DNA from: a virus
Taxonomy: Duplodnaviria > Caudoviricetes
Reading direction: 5' to 3' (one strand)
IMG/VR virus record: IMGVR_UViG_3300033565_000087
Location: 1 to 42,256 of that record
DNA length: 42,256 bases
Numbering within the stretch: position 1 is the first letter of the stretch; every line of letters starts with the position of its first letter. Below, one piece after another: positions 27,219 to 37,061 of the stretch. The notes under the pieces are model-generated. The model was not told where the DNA came from, made no database searches, and saw only the letters and a list, made by a program, of their open reading frames with translations. Position numbers and translations under genes: made by a program.

Positions 27219-27848
27219 TTAAGGAGTGATCGTAATGACACTCAGGTTTTCCGGAGTGACGACCTGGGTGAACCAGCTGTCGACTTTGGCCAATCCATCA
27301 CGCGCATCCACGACCAGCTGTTTACTGGGTTTGGTGGAGTTGTCCGGCAGATCAAAGCGATATTTGGTCGTGATCCCGGTAAAGATCAGTTTGTGATTGT
27401 TGGTATCGGTCGAGTTGTCTTGGGCTTTGGCACTTTCTTCATCGAGTCTGAAAGTCCCCTTATGTCTCCAGACATAACGGTATGTGCCATCAGTGAAACG
27501 TAAGCGATACCCGATCGCAAAATATTTGGTTTGGGTTTCACCGGTATCCAGTAAGGCTCCGGTTTCGGTATCAACCACTTTACCCAACAGCTTAGCGACT
27601 AAGGCAATCGGTAACACTGGAACCGTCAAAGTTGCTTCATCAAAGCCTTCTGCGGTTACGATCAGATAGGGTTGGTTGTCATAGTATTTAGGATCGGAAG
27701 CGCGGTCCGTTTTAACGGAGATCTCACCGGCCGGCGCTAAGACTTCCGGAGTCCCTGAGGTATAGGCGGTCGCATCATCTTTAGTGATCTCAGCGAAGTA
27801 CAAGCTGTCAAATCCTTGGTATTCTTCATAGATGTAGGGAGTAGGCAT
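27219..27848 (-). CDS. Major tail (tube) protein, phi13-like
   Basis: YYDN, FAIGYR, YRYVWRHKG; position before the tail chaperone. Confidence 0.85.
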   Translation of the reverse strand: MPTPYIYEEYQGFDSLYFAEITKDDATAYTSGTPEVLAPAGEISVKTDRASDPKYYDNQPYLIVTAEGFDEATLTVPVLPIALVAKLLGKVVDTETGALLDTGETQTKYFAIGYRLRFTDGTYRYVWRHKGTFRLDEESAKAQDNSTDTNNHKLIFTGITTKYRFDLPDNSTKPSKQLVVDARDGLAKVDSWFTQVVTPENLSVITITP

Positions 27849-28199
27849 TTAGGTATTCCTTTCTGTGGAAATGAAATTCATCATCCAGCCATAATGCTCA
27901 CCTTCAAAGCCCATATCCTGCCCTCGGCTATCCCGGATAAACCCAGCATTACGACAAGCAGTAAAGATCAATGAAGGAACAGTGTTGATCAAACTCATTT
28001 TCTTAGAATAGAGAATGACTTGAATCCGGATGTAGGATAAGCGCGGTTGATCGTCATAGTACGAACCATCGGGTGAATCAAGAATGAAGTAAGTGATGAA
28101 GGTTTCCGGAAGTGGTTCAGCTTCCGCGTAGGATCCTTGAAGTCTGACTTCATATCCCAGTGGATTTATGGCTTGGATCAAGCGATCGCGAACATTCAT
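27849..28199 (-). CDS. Tail terminator protein
   Basis: FITY...YYDD...AGF; synteny. Confidence 0.65.
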   Translation of the reverse strand: MNVRDRLIQAINPLGYEVRLQGSYAEAEPLPETFITYFILDSPDGSYYDDQPRLSYIRIQVILYSKKMSLINTVPSLIFTACRNAGFIRDSRGQDMGFEGEHYGWMMNFISTERNT

Positions 28200-28603
28200 G
28201 GTTTGAGACCTTCCAGGATCTTTTCTAGAACCTCTTTTTGGATCTTTCGTGCTTTGGCTTGATTGCGTTTGATTGCAGTTTGGATAAATGGATCAGGTTT
28301 CATTTTTGGGGTTCCATATTCAAGAAAAAGGGCTGGAAGGCCCCCCTTACTTAAATCGAAACCAAGCTTTAAAGACAGTCGATTCCCTTCTCGCTTAACC
28401 TGCGCTGAATCGTTAAGTGACTTTTCCGTCTCACCGGTTAAACGGTGTTTCTTTACAGCAGTTTTGAGATCAGTAACGAAGGGTTTAGCGCCTTCCTCAA
28501 GCGCTTTGGTAGCAGCTTGATCAATGTCCCCATTGGCTTTTTGAATGCGTTCCAAGAGGCCAGAAAAGCCGCTGATATCGAGTTTCATGGTGTTCTTTGA
28601 CAC
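28196..28603 (-). CDS. HK97 gp10-like neck protein
   Basis: FLEYGTPKMKPDPF. Confidence 0.85.
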   Translation of the reverse strand: MSKNTMKLDISGFSGLLERIQKANGDIDQAATKALEEGAKPFVTDLKTAVKKHRLTGETEKSLNDSAQVKREGNRLSLKLGFDLSKGGLPALFLEYGTPKMKPDPFIQTAIKRNQAKARKIQKEVLEKILEGLKP

Positions 28604-28953
28604 TAAGCACCTCCACTAATCTTTTGAACTTTGAAGATCAAATATTGATTCAACATATCGACATTTTCCGGTTCACCCAGCACTTCCCAGATTGAGTTAT
28701 CCTGAAGCAAGATGATCCGATCAGAGGCTTGAATGTCCTGACGGTACCAGGTCACCACAACGGCTGTATTATGAACCACAAGCTGACCATTGCTGATCGA
28801 CTCCGTTCCCCCATAGGTCTTGAAACTGCAATTGAGTTGAGGGTCCAAGGCATCTTCGTAGGTGAACTCCGGTGCTCCCGAGACGATGGTTGATTTTCGT
28901 TTTTGGAGTTTGGTTGGGGTACTGAGATGATCGGCTTCTTTTGGTCTATACAC
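28603..28953 (-). CDS. Head closure/head-tail adaptor
   Basis: Size, synteny, WYRQDI...PENVD. Confidence 0.7.
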   Translation of the reverse strand: MYRPKEADHLSTPTKLQKRKSTIVSGAPEFTYEDALDPQLNCSFKTYGGTESISNGQLVVHNTAVVVTWYRQDIQASDRIILLQDNSIWEVLGEPENVDMLNQYLIFKVQKISGGA

Positions 28954-29227
28954 TGGTCACCTCGGTTTGGGTGGTCGCGAGTTGAATAAGGCGCTGCAGG
29001 AAGTAAGTACTAAATTTCACTTCTCCACTGGCCAGATTCCATAGATCCGCAACACCCCTAATAAACAAACCAACGGAAGCATCGCTCTCAAGAAGTTCAG
29101 TCTTCACTCCGGCGCTTAAGGCAAAGGCTTTGGTGTCTTTGATGTGGCGCAGTACAGTGCTATCCTGATAGGACCCGGTTATTCCTAGGCCCTTTTTCAC
29201 TTCAATTAAGAGTTCTGCTTCCGTCAT
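28946..29227 (-). CDS. Head-tail connector (gp6-like)
   Basis: VKKGLGI...D, SAGV, IQL; directly after capsid. Confidence 0.75.
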   Translation of the reverse strand: MTEAELLIEVKKGLGITGSYQDSTVLRHIKDTKAFALSAGVKTELLESDASVGLFIRGVADLWNLASGEVKFSTYFLQRLIQLATTQTEVTSV

Positions 29228-29250
29228 GGGTTGATCCTTTCTAGCTTAGG

Positions 29251-30489
29251 CTAGGCGGCTTTCTTTTCGATGATGACAAAGCCATTGGCACTAACGACAT
29301 TGCCTCCGACAAAGACACTGCCTTTGATCGCCAGCATGCCTTTTTTGAAGGCTGCATCCTCTGAGACCTTGATCTCATAAGGACTAAACAAAGCCAATTC
29401 ATAGGATCCTGGGATCCCATAAATCATGCAGGGAGTGGTGGCTACCGTCGCTGCATCACTCAGCGCTTTTAAAGCGCTGTTGATGACATAGCGAACTGAG
29501 AGACCGCCATCGCGCAGGATTCCGGAGTTGGGATTGGTGGCATCCGGGGTAATCTCGTAAACGGACTTCTTGTCGGCTCCTCTGACATCCCCAAATGCGA
29601 TCAGATCGTTTTTGTTGAGCAAGAGGACAGCATTCCCAATGATGTTTTCATCACCACCATAGGACATGGCAATCTTTCTGAGCGTTTTCTCATCGATCGC
29701 ACTGAATTCAAGCGGGGTATCGGTGATCGCATCGGCATGCAGGATGCCGGTGAATTCTGCCGGAGTTGAAGCCGGATTACCCAAAGGAATCAAGCGAGCC
29801 ACTTTCTTACGCAGGGCAATCAATGCCGCTTGACGGATTTTGGAAAGATATTGGACCGGAGTCAACTTCGAGACTTCTTCAGTGACCTCGGTATAGATCG
29901 AAATCTTGATTGGTTTGATGGTGGCATAACCAAAGACCGGTTCGCCTTCGGTATAGTCCTGACCTTCAGTAATGATGCCGCCTTCAGCGTAACTGATGAC
30001 AAACGGGACTTCGTATTCTGTCATCCCTTCAGCGGAAACCACATTGACCAGTTCAACCACCGAGGAGACTTCATTGAACTTCTCATTGATGGTGTTCTGA
30101 ATCGGTTTGGGACTGATGAGATTGCCAGACCCGATGGTGACAGCACGGACTTCATCGACACTGAATTCGGTTTTGTTGGTGTTTTTGAAGTCGATCGCAC
30201 GTTTCTCAAACGCATCGGTTTGATCTTCGCGCTTTTCGTCTTCTTTACTTTGTGGTGCATGCACACCATACGTTGCAAGGATGGTCTTCTTTTGAGTGCT
30301 TCGTGCTTCTTCAGCATCCATTTCACTCACCATGGATCGAAGACTTTCGAGCTCAGTTTTGAGTTCTTCCATCTCAGTGTTGAGCTGACGCAGCTCACTG
30401 ACGTTGTCTGAGGCTTCGGAGCGTTTGAGTAAGCCATCCATTTTTGATTGCTTATCAGCAATGAGCTTCAGTAGTTTTTCTTTATTCAT
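29251..30489 (-). CDS. HK97-fold major capsid protein
   Basis: Coiled-coil delta domain, ITEG, FTGIL; follows protease. Confidence 0.9.
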   Translation of the reverse strand: MNKEKLLKLIADKQSKMDGLLKRSEASDNVSELRQLNTEMEELKTELESLRSMVSEMDAEEARSTQKKTILATYGVHAPQSKEDEKREDQTDAFEKRAIDFKNTNKTEFSVDEVRAVTIGSGNLISPKPIQNTINEKFNEVSSVVELVNVVSAEGMTEYEVPFVISYAEGGIITEGQDYTEGEPVFGYATIKPIKISIYTEVTEEVSKLTPVQYLSKIRQAALIALRKKVARLIPLGNPASTPAEFTGILHADAITDTPLEFSAIDEKTLRKIAMSYGGDENIIGNAVLLLNKNDLIAFGDVRGADKKSVYEITPDATNPNSGILRDGGLSVRYVINSALKALSDAATVATTPCMIYGIPGSYELALFSPYEIKVSEDAAFKKGMLAIKGSVFVGGNVVSANGFVIIEKKAA

Positions 30490-30492
30490 TAG

Positions 30493-31125
30493 TTATCCTT
30501 TCACTTTCATTTGGATACATCGATTCTTTAACTTTAAGACTTCGGATTCTTCTTTCGTTTTATCCAAAACGGCACGAGCATTTTCCAATGCCTTCAGATC
30601 ACTGTCCAATGATCGGCTTTCACGTGCACTGATTTCCGTAGCATCATAGGCTGGGAAGTTAACGGCAGAGACTTCACGAACACGAGCGATCTTCTTGATT
30701 CGTCGCGTTGGAATCTTGGCATCCAGCTCTTCCCAGGCATCTTCTTTTACACTAAACAGAAACGACATCCCGGTAATATCACCGCGCTTGATTGCTGAGG
30801 TGAGCGATCGGGCATCTGCGTTGTTTTCTACGTCGAGATTGGTTTCAATGTTGAGACCGCGCTCATCGACTTTGAGGGTCATTGAACTGTTTCCGTTATT
30901 ACGGCGACTTCTGGCCAATGGGATCTTACTTAGATCATGATTGACAAAGAATAGGACATCAGTGAGATCAGTCTCATCAAAAGCCCCTCTTTCAATGACT
31001 TCATAGAAGAAGTTACCTATGTTGGTTCGGCTATCATAGACGGCTGCCAAGCCGGTGATCGTATTGGCTTGAATACTGAATTCGGAGGTATAGGCGCGAC
31101 TAATGAGTTCAGTTTTGGGGTTCAT
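30493..31125 (-). CDS. HK97-family prohead protease
   Basis: NHD, GMSF, EVSAVNFPAY. Confidence 0.93.
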   Translation of the reverse strand: MNPKTELISRAYTSEFSIQANTITGLAAVYDSRTNIGNFFYEVIERGAFDETDLTDVLFFVNHDLSKIPLARSRRNNGNSSMTLKVDERGLNIETNLDVENNADARSLTSAIKRGDITGMSFLFSVKEDAWEELDAKIPTRRIKKIARVREVSAVNFPAYDATEISARESRSLDSDLKALENARAVLDKTKEESEVLKLKNRCIQMKVKG

Positions 31126-32365
31126 TGGGGGCTCCTTCCGGTGGTTTCTTGGTTTGGTTCATTTGGTATTGATTAGCGATGTTGACATCCACATAGTTCA
31201 GCGACATCAGCCGGACATTTCCCCCATCATAGGGAGGATATCCGAAGAGTCCTAGGAGCTCGTTGTTGGTCAGCGCTCCGCGATTCCCTAAGAGATCTCC
31301 AACCGCCACGCGCTTATCCAGGGCCATATACAGGAGGTTATTGGCATAGAACACGATCTTGTTTCCGAATTGAAGTTCTCTTTGAGTGAATAGACACTTG
31401 GTGAAGACTTGATTCAAGGAGTTAACCAAGGGTTCTAAGGTTTTCTCATAGAAGCTTTGGTATTGCTCAGGAGTGAAATCTCCGGTTAGGACCGGTAAGG
31501 ATACGCCGTAATGACGCAGGATCTTGGAATCGATAAAGGCTAAGGTATCCGCATCAACCAGTTTGGGATCCGGTTTGATCTGGATATATTCTGACTTCAA
31601 ATCGGCTGCGATAATCCCATTCTTGTTTTCAGAGAGCATCTTTTCAAAGCGTAGGATCTCGGCTTTCATATTGTCTTCATCCAGGATCGTGTTATACTTC
31701 ATGACCCCATAAATCTGCATTGAGGAATTCACTGATTTCTCAATGGATTGAAGCAGTTTATGGTTGATATCCACGGTTTGAAGTAAAGCATGGGTATCGG
31801 GTTGACCATTCAGGTTACCCCCCATAAATGGGTTGACCGAGTAGCGATAGCGCCAATGGATGATGTCGCAATATTTCACGACGAGCTTTTCAGCTCCATT
31901 GAATCGTAGGTCAACGTACAGCTCGTTTTTACCATCGATGATGAATGATACTTCAGTAGGATCCAGCGGATACAGTGCTTTGTATTTACGAGCTTTCCCT
32001 TCAGAAGTAGTCAGTTCTTCATATACTGGTAGGATAAAGACGTTGTAATTGAGAAAGAGCTGCCAGGTGATCTTTTCTAGGAAGTCTTTTGTGGTGCTCC
32101 ATTCATTGGGACCATATTCTAAGAGGTCACTGATGGAGTCAAAGACTGGTACCTGGAGATCGTTTTTATCAAAGCGAATATGCTTAGGGGTCAGTTTACT
32201 GATCTCTTGAGCAATGCAACCGATGGCCTGTTGTACCACATCACTCGCAAAGACATTCTGGCCAAACTGCGAATAGATCGGGGTATTCCCATTGATCATG
32301 GCCAGTTGAGCATTACCACTAGGGGTTTTATTGAATCGTTGAATGACGGAATCAAACCATCCCAT
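31109..32365 (-). CDS. HK97-family portal protein
   Basis: DIIHWR, YGVS, LTNNE; follows terL. Confidence 0.9.
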   Translation of the reverse strand: MGWFDSVIQRFNKTPSGNAQLAMINGNTPIYSQFGQNVFASDVVQQAIGCIAQEISKLTPKHIRFDKNDLQVPVFDSISDLLEYGPNEWSTTKDFLEKITWQLFLNYNVFILPVYEELTTSEGKARKYKALYPLDPTEVSFIIDGKNELYVDLRFNGAEKLVVKYCDIIHWRYRYSVNPFMGGNLNGQPDTHALLQTVDINHKLLQSIEKSVNSSMQIYGVMKYNTILDEDNMKAEILRFEKMLSENKNGIIAADLKSEYIQIKPDPKLVDADTLAFIDSKILRHYGVSLPVLTGDFTPEQYQSFYEKTLEPLVNSLNQVFTKCLFTQRELQFGNKIVFYANNLLYMALDKRVAVGDLLGNRGALTNNELLGLFGYPPYDGGNVRLMSLNYVDVNIANQYQMNQTKKPPEGAPNEPQN

Positions 32366-32374
32366 TGGATCACC

Positions 32375-34018
32375 TCACTTTGCCATTTCAAGAAATTCTG
32401 TTCGATATCGTTGCCACATGGCATAGAGAATAATCATCGTTGCAGCGCCATCGATTCGTCGATTGCGCGCATCATTGACTTTGACCGGCATGACCAGTCC
32501 TAAGTTGTCGATCTTGATTGCAGTATTACCCAGACACCACTTGTCGATCGCGTTGTTGTTGTAGTTAACCAGCTTGGATTTGAGATCGGCTTCAAGCAAC
32601 TTCATCGGGTTGGAGAGCGTGAACCGGTTTTGATCAACCCGTTCAGTATCCAGTCCATAGCCTTCCATCTGGGTCAACCAGGTCTTCGCAAATCGGTTAT
32701 CATATCCGGTTTTGTAAGTTCGGATCTTGTATTGCTTATACAGATCCACAAACCACTTCGCAACTCTAGATAGATCCACTTCGTTGCCTTCGGTGATCTC
32801 AATGAGTCCTTCTCTGGCCCATTGGAGATAGTCTTTCTTGTCTTCAATGAAACCTTTAGTGACTTTACTTTCCGGGATGAAGTAACGGGTATGAACATAC
32901 TTCGTCGGATCCCCTTTTCTCATCAGTAGGATCTTGGCGCAGGTGAGATCGGTCGTTTCCGAAAGATCCACAGCCCCAAGCGCCAGACAGCCAATGAAGT
33001 TTTCTAGTTGGAAGGTAGAGGTATTGACGTAATCTTGTTCCATCAACCAAGCTTCAGCGTTGTTTTGTTTGATGTTGAAGTCTTTGGCAAGGACATACAT
33101 CCGATCGCCTTTATCCATCCGGGCTTTGTTGATTTGATCACGAAGATAATCGATCTTTTTGATGAGTCCTAAGGAGGGATTTGACTTCACCCAGGTTCGT
33201 TCATCTTGCCAGATTTCGGCTTCACTATCTTGGGTATAAAGCCATGATAGTAAGGTGTCATCTTCGTGTTCACCGGCCATGACACGCCGGGCATATTGCA
33301 GCTCTTTGTCAAGGTATCCATCGTTGATGAAGCCTTCAGTTGTGATGTTTATAAACAGTGGTTCTTCTTTGGTGGATTGCGACTGCTCAATCGGTTTGGC
33401 GATCGAGTTGTCTTTCATTTCATGAGATTCATCCAGGATCCCAAATTCGATGTTGTAGCCTTCTTTGTTGTGGGTTTTCTCAGAGAGCTTGAAGACTTTA
33501 CTCTTATTCTTTTTGTTGATGATCCAACGCAGATTCTTGTGAGTTCGTTTGTCACTTGGGTCAAACATTTCACGCATGGCACCGATCTCAAGAAAGATGA
33601 TCGACGCTTGAGCATCATCATTGGAGGAACAAACAATGTCCGACCCACCACTGCCCATCATCAGTTCTGTGAAGGCTAGTGCTGCGGTGAGAGTAGACTT
33701 GCCATTCTTTCGACTAATCAGCAGGATTACTCTTTTGAAACGGCGCTTATTGGTAGAGACCCGGATGAAGGAATAGATCACTTCAATGAAGGCTTTTTCC
33801 CAGAGTTCTAGGATAAATGGCTTTCCATGAAATGGGGATTTAGTGTGCTTACAGAATCGTTCTATGAACTCAATTCGCTTTTTAGCGCGCTTAGGTTCAT
33901 AGCGATATCTTGGATCCTGGGTATCCAGTACCAATTGTACTAATGCAGTTTCGAGCTCCTGGCCAACCAGGATATTCCCTTCCTGGATCTCATGAAGGTA
34001 CTGCTCAAGATAGTTCAT
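32375..34018 (-). CDS. terL: Terminase large subunit
   Basis: RKNGKS Walker A, ILDESH, ITTEG, DLSETTD, RIDG. Confidence 0.95.
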   Translation of the reverse strand: MNYLEQYLHEIQEGNILVGQELETALVQLVLDTQDPRYRYEPKRAKKRIEFIERFCKHTKSPFHGKPFILELWEKAFIEVIYSFIRVSTNKRRFKRVILLISRKNGKSTLTAALAFTELMMGSGGSDIVCSSNDDAQASIIFLEIGAMREMFDPSDKRTHKNLRWIINKKNKSKVFKLSEKTHNKEGYNIEFGILDESHEMKDNSIAKPIEQSQSTKEEPLFINITTEGFINDGYLDKELQYARRVMAGEHEDDTLLSWLYTQDSEAEIWQDERTWVKSNPSLGLIKKIDYLRDQINKARMDKGDRMYVLAKDFNIKQNNAEAWLMEQDYVNTSTFQLENFIGCLALGAVDLSETTDLTCAKILLMRKGDPTKYVHTRYFIPESKVTKGFIEDKKDYLQWAREGLIEITEGNEVDLSRVAKWFVDLYKQYKIRTYKTGYDNRFAKTWLTQMEGYGLDTERVDQNRFTLSNPMKLLEADLKSKLVNYNNNAIDKWCLGNTAIKIDNLGLVMPVKVNDARNRRIDGAATMIILYAMWQRYRTEFLEMAK

Positions 34019-34359
34019 TCATCTTCTTCATCGTTGAGGAAGTTTTCAAATTCATCTTCATCTTCAATGGTTGATTTGGTAAGGACTTGACTCAGTGTTT
34101 TGATGACCACTGAGTAGGCTTGTAGGTTTTTTAGGTATTGTTTACTGGCTTCGGTTGATTTTTGAAGCGTTGGATTAGTTGGATGGATCTTAATCATCCC
34201 GGTCTCTTGAAGAAGAGCTCTTAAGCGATCGTTTTGATCGGATAGAAATGCAGCTTCTTGGATCAGTTTCTCAACCAGTTTCTGTTTGTTGGGATCGACT
34301 TTTTCAAAGATCGATTTCAGCTTTTCAAGCTCATTCTGTGGCTTTGTTTCTTCGATCAT
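34015..34359 (-). CDS. Terminase small subunit (putative)
   Basis: Directly upstream of terL; start placed at ATG 34359 after GAAGGGA. Confidence 0.65.
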   Translation of the reverse strand: MIEETKPQNELEKLKSIFEKVDPNKQKLVEKLIQEAAFLSDQNDRLRALLQETGMIKIHPTNPTLQKSTEASKQYLKNLQAYSVVIKTLSQVLTKSTIEDEDEFENFLNDEEDE

Positions 34360-34520
34360 TTCGTCCCTTCTTTCTGGAGTTTCTGGATTCTGGTTTCCGT
34401 AGGCAACTTTTCCCAAAACTTTTGAGGAAATCTCAAATTTTGGGGTTGCGTGCATCCGTTGACCCTTGTCCAGTTCCCAAGTCATGGTCCCAAGTTTCGA
34501 CCGGGGGGGAGGGTCGACCG
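34360..34520. other. Probable cos/packaging region
   Basis: Between HNH and terS; G-run CCGGGGGGGAGGG and short spaced motifs, typical position in HK97-like cos phages. Confidence 0.4.
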
Positions 34521-35210
34521 AAACTTAAGGAACCATTCGTGGATATATCGCTGCCATTCATCACGATATGGCAGTTTATCCCTATCGTTGTAGAGTCTTG
34601 ATAGACATTCATCTTCCGTTGCCTGAATGAAGATCAGCTCAGCCCCAAGACTAGTGGCTAAGCGTTCTCTGTCTGTATTGAGTGGATATCCACCGATGAT
34701 CCAGGCTTGTGTCCATCTTCCTGTTCTGGTTTTGATTTGATCTAGTAAGGCATCTCTGAGTAAGAAGACATTGGTAGATAGTTCTAGTGGTTTATCATAG
34801 GCAGGTAGTAGTGTGATAGCTTGATAGAGTTCATCAAGGTCCAGGACTAGGTCGCTACGCTTCTTATGCGCCTTTACATAACTGGTCTTGCCTGAGAGTG
34901 GTGCTCCATAGACCAGGTAGACTTTCTTTCCTGATCCTTGTCCAAAGCGTTCATGGATCGTGTTATGACACTGGTGATGAACCAGCAGAATGTTGTTTGG
35001 GTTAAGGCTGATCTTTACATCATTCACATTCATTGGAGTTAACTCAATGATGTGGTGAGCAATACACTCTGGATCCTTTAAGATCACCTCATGACATTTC
35101 TGACAGAGCAGACCTCTTTCAGGAGTACTTCGTTCAATCATCAGTCGCTTTCTTAAGGTGATCCATTCGGGCGACTTATAGAAGTCTGATAATGTCTTGA
35201 ATCTTGCCAT
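34482..35210 (-). CDS. HNH endonuclease fused to P-loop domain
   Basis: FYKSPEW, CQKC, AHH...N...CHNTIH; GAPLSGKT. Confidence 0.85.
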   Translation of the reverse strand: MARFKTLSDFYKSPEWITLRKRLMIERSTPERGLLCQKCHEVILKDPECIAHHIIELTPMNVNDVKISLNPNNILLVHHQCHNTIHERFGQGSGKKVYLVYGAPLSGKTSYVKAHKKRSDLVLDLDELYQAITLLPAYDKPLELSTNVFLLRDALLDQIKTRTGRWTQAWIIGGYPLNTDRERLATSLGAELIFIQATEDECLSRLYNDRDKLPYRDEWQRYIHEWFLKFRSTLPPGRNLGP

Positions 35211-35656
35211 TACCAGTTGCCTTCTTTGGCAAGTCTTTCTCGAAGTTCCAGCTCTTGTTTTTTCAGCTGTAGCATTTGAGGATTATCGGAGTAGTGTTCT
35301 GGATCCTTGTTTTTCAAGAGTCCAAACAAGGCTCCGGTATCTGGTGGTTGATGTTTCTTGGTGATCTCGGTATAAGTGACGGCTTGGCCGTTCTCGGTCT
35401 TGGTGTAGACTTTCTTTTCTTCGTAGTCATACCCAAGTGCTTTCTTGATCAAAGCATTTTCAAGTTCAGTGATTAGTGTTTCTTTCCCTTTTTTAAGGAC
35501 CTTCAGAAACTCAGGATAGTCTTTCTTGTATAACTCGAAAGTCGTTACTGAAATGCCTAGGGTTTTGGCGATCTTTTCTTCACTTAATCCATCCCTCGCA
35601 CACTTCTAGACCAGGTGCAATTTGGCGTTGACAGATTCCCATTTACTCTTGGCCAA
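35210..35656 (-). pseudogene. Terminase-small-like HTH gene interrupted by in-frame TAG
   Basis: RBS + TTG at 35656; TAG at codon 17 (35608..35606); frame continues ARDGLSEEKIA...ENALIKKALGY...PPDT. Confidence 0.75.
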
Positions 35657-35690
35657 CTTGATCACCTCTTCACATCAAACCTTACCAAAT

Positions 35691-35718
35691 AAAAAAACTC
35701 CGGTATGTACCGAAGTTT
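35691..35718 (-). terminator. Terminator between moron and late operon
   Basis: Imperfect stem plus T-run on - strand. Confidence 0.5.
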
Positions 35719-35754
35719 CTAACATAGTATTATGACTATTAATTCTGAAACATC

Positions 35755-36537
35755 TTATTCGTTTGGTATAAAAGCACCGATTCTACCTTCGGTAGGATTA
35801 TACGTCATGAAGTTGTTTTTCGTAAAGTCAATCAAATGTTCTAAAATATATTCTCTAGATTTCGATGTGTTTGTTGAGAAGAATAACCCATTCTTTTCCG
35901 AATTGCATACACCATTAAATACATAATTCAATTTTGGTGAGTTAGTTAATAGATCATAAAATTCCCTAGTCCTAAAAATAGTTAATGGTTTAATTTTACC
36001 ATTATCATCATAATAATGTGATCCAAGGATCGTTTCATCAATGATAACGAAAGCGATCTCAATAATCTCATCTTCACTCACAATGCCTGCTTCTTTAACT
36101 GCTTCCTTATATCTCTCAACTTTGTTGTAGTGAATAACATAATTTCTACTAAGATTTTCTAAATAATTCATAAGCGAGTAGTTACAGCCCACAATAGTCG
36201 AAGTAAAGATTTCCGGAGTCTCTGGTGATAGTTTTCGCATCTCTTCCTTCCAAACAATATTCCTATCGCTTTCTTTCTTTTTGTTTTCACTGCCATTTTG
36301 TTCAATCTTGTCAGATGCATCGAATCTGAATTGCTCAAACAAAATAGTTTTATTTGGTAACTTTAAAAGCATATCGGGTAAACCACTGACAGTCGAGGCC
36401 AGATCGCTAATTTGAATTAGTTTGTGGAATTCAGATCCTATTCCCTGAGCTGCCTCTCTATCATCTTCATTATATAAGTAAACCAAATTATTCTCCGTAT
36501 ACTCTGCAAGTAAATCAATTTCTCTTCCATCTCTCAT
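35755..36537 (-). CDS. AT-rich moron, hypothetical, possible PD-(D/E)xK-like fold
   Basis: LPDM...LFEQFRFDAS; start after GGAG (ORF extends to 36603). Confidence 0.5.
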   Translation of the reverse strand: MRDGREIDLLAEYTENNLVYLYNEDDREAAQGIGSEFHKLIQISDLASTVSGLPDMLLKLPNKTILFEQFRFDASDKIEQNGSENKKKESDRNIVWKEEMRKLSPETPEIFTSTIVGCNYSLMNYLENLSRNYVIHYNKVERYKEAVKEAGIVSEDEIIEIAFVIIDETILGSHYYDDNGKIKPLTIFRTREFYDLLTNSPKLNYVFNGVCNSEKNGLFFSTNTSKSREYILEHLIDFTKNNFMTYNPTEGRIGAFIPNE

Positions 36538-36677
36538 GTCTCCACCCCTTTTGATGTCATGCAAGATAACCTTTAGATTATAATTCACATCAATTATTAC
36601 CATTATACCCTTATTTTCAAAGGCTAAAACAGTTGTTTTTGATGAGTAATACTTTCTGTAATTATCGGATTATTTTT

Positions 36678-36914
36678 TCAATTCATTTCAACCGGTTTTT
36701 CCACTGACGAAGTGAAATAGTCTATCATGAAGTCTTCATACATTTTTGTTGTTCCATCAAAGCCAATAATGATCTCAGCATTCGAGAGTTGATCCTGGGT
36801 GATCTCCCCAAGGATCAACAAGATGTCATCCGGATCAATTCCATCCACAGTAATCGTTTGACCTTCCCGTCTCCCACTATGATAATCAATTATCACTGAA
36901 TAAGTTTCTTCCAT
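36678..36914 (-). CDS. Small acidic hypothetical protein
   Basis: GAGGTG RBS, 78 aa. Confidence 0.6.
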   Translation of the reverse strand: MEETYSVIIDYHSGRREGQTITVDGIDPDDILLILGEITQDQLSNAEIIIGFDGTTKMYEDFMIDYFTSSVEKPVEMN

Positions 36915-37061
36915 CTTGCACCTCTAGTTTCTTTTACGCATTTCTAATGAATTATCCTAAATAAAAAAGAACCCTGTAGGATTTTCACCTACTGCTACTA
37001 GGGGATAATGGGGGATCATCTCGTAACGGGTTCTTTTTGATTATAAACTATTTTTCGTTAA

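Noticed and set aside
24969-30411. Long opposite-strand ORFs (24969..25562, 29830..30411, also 37398..37913 and others)
   Set aside because: Antisense shadows of well-supported genes, without RBS or motifs
35606-35608. TAG recoding (alternative genetic code)
   Set aside because: TAG is a normal stop in several genes (e.g. capsid, integrase) and only one gene is interrupted
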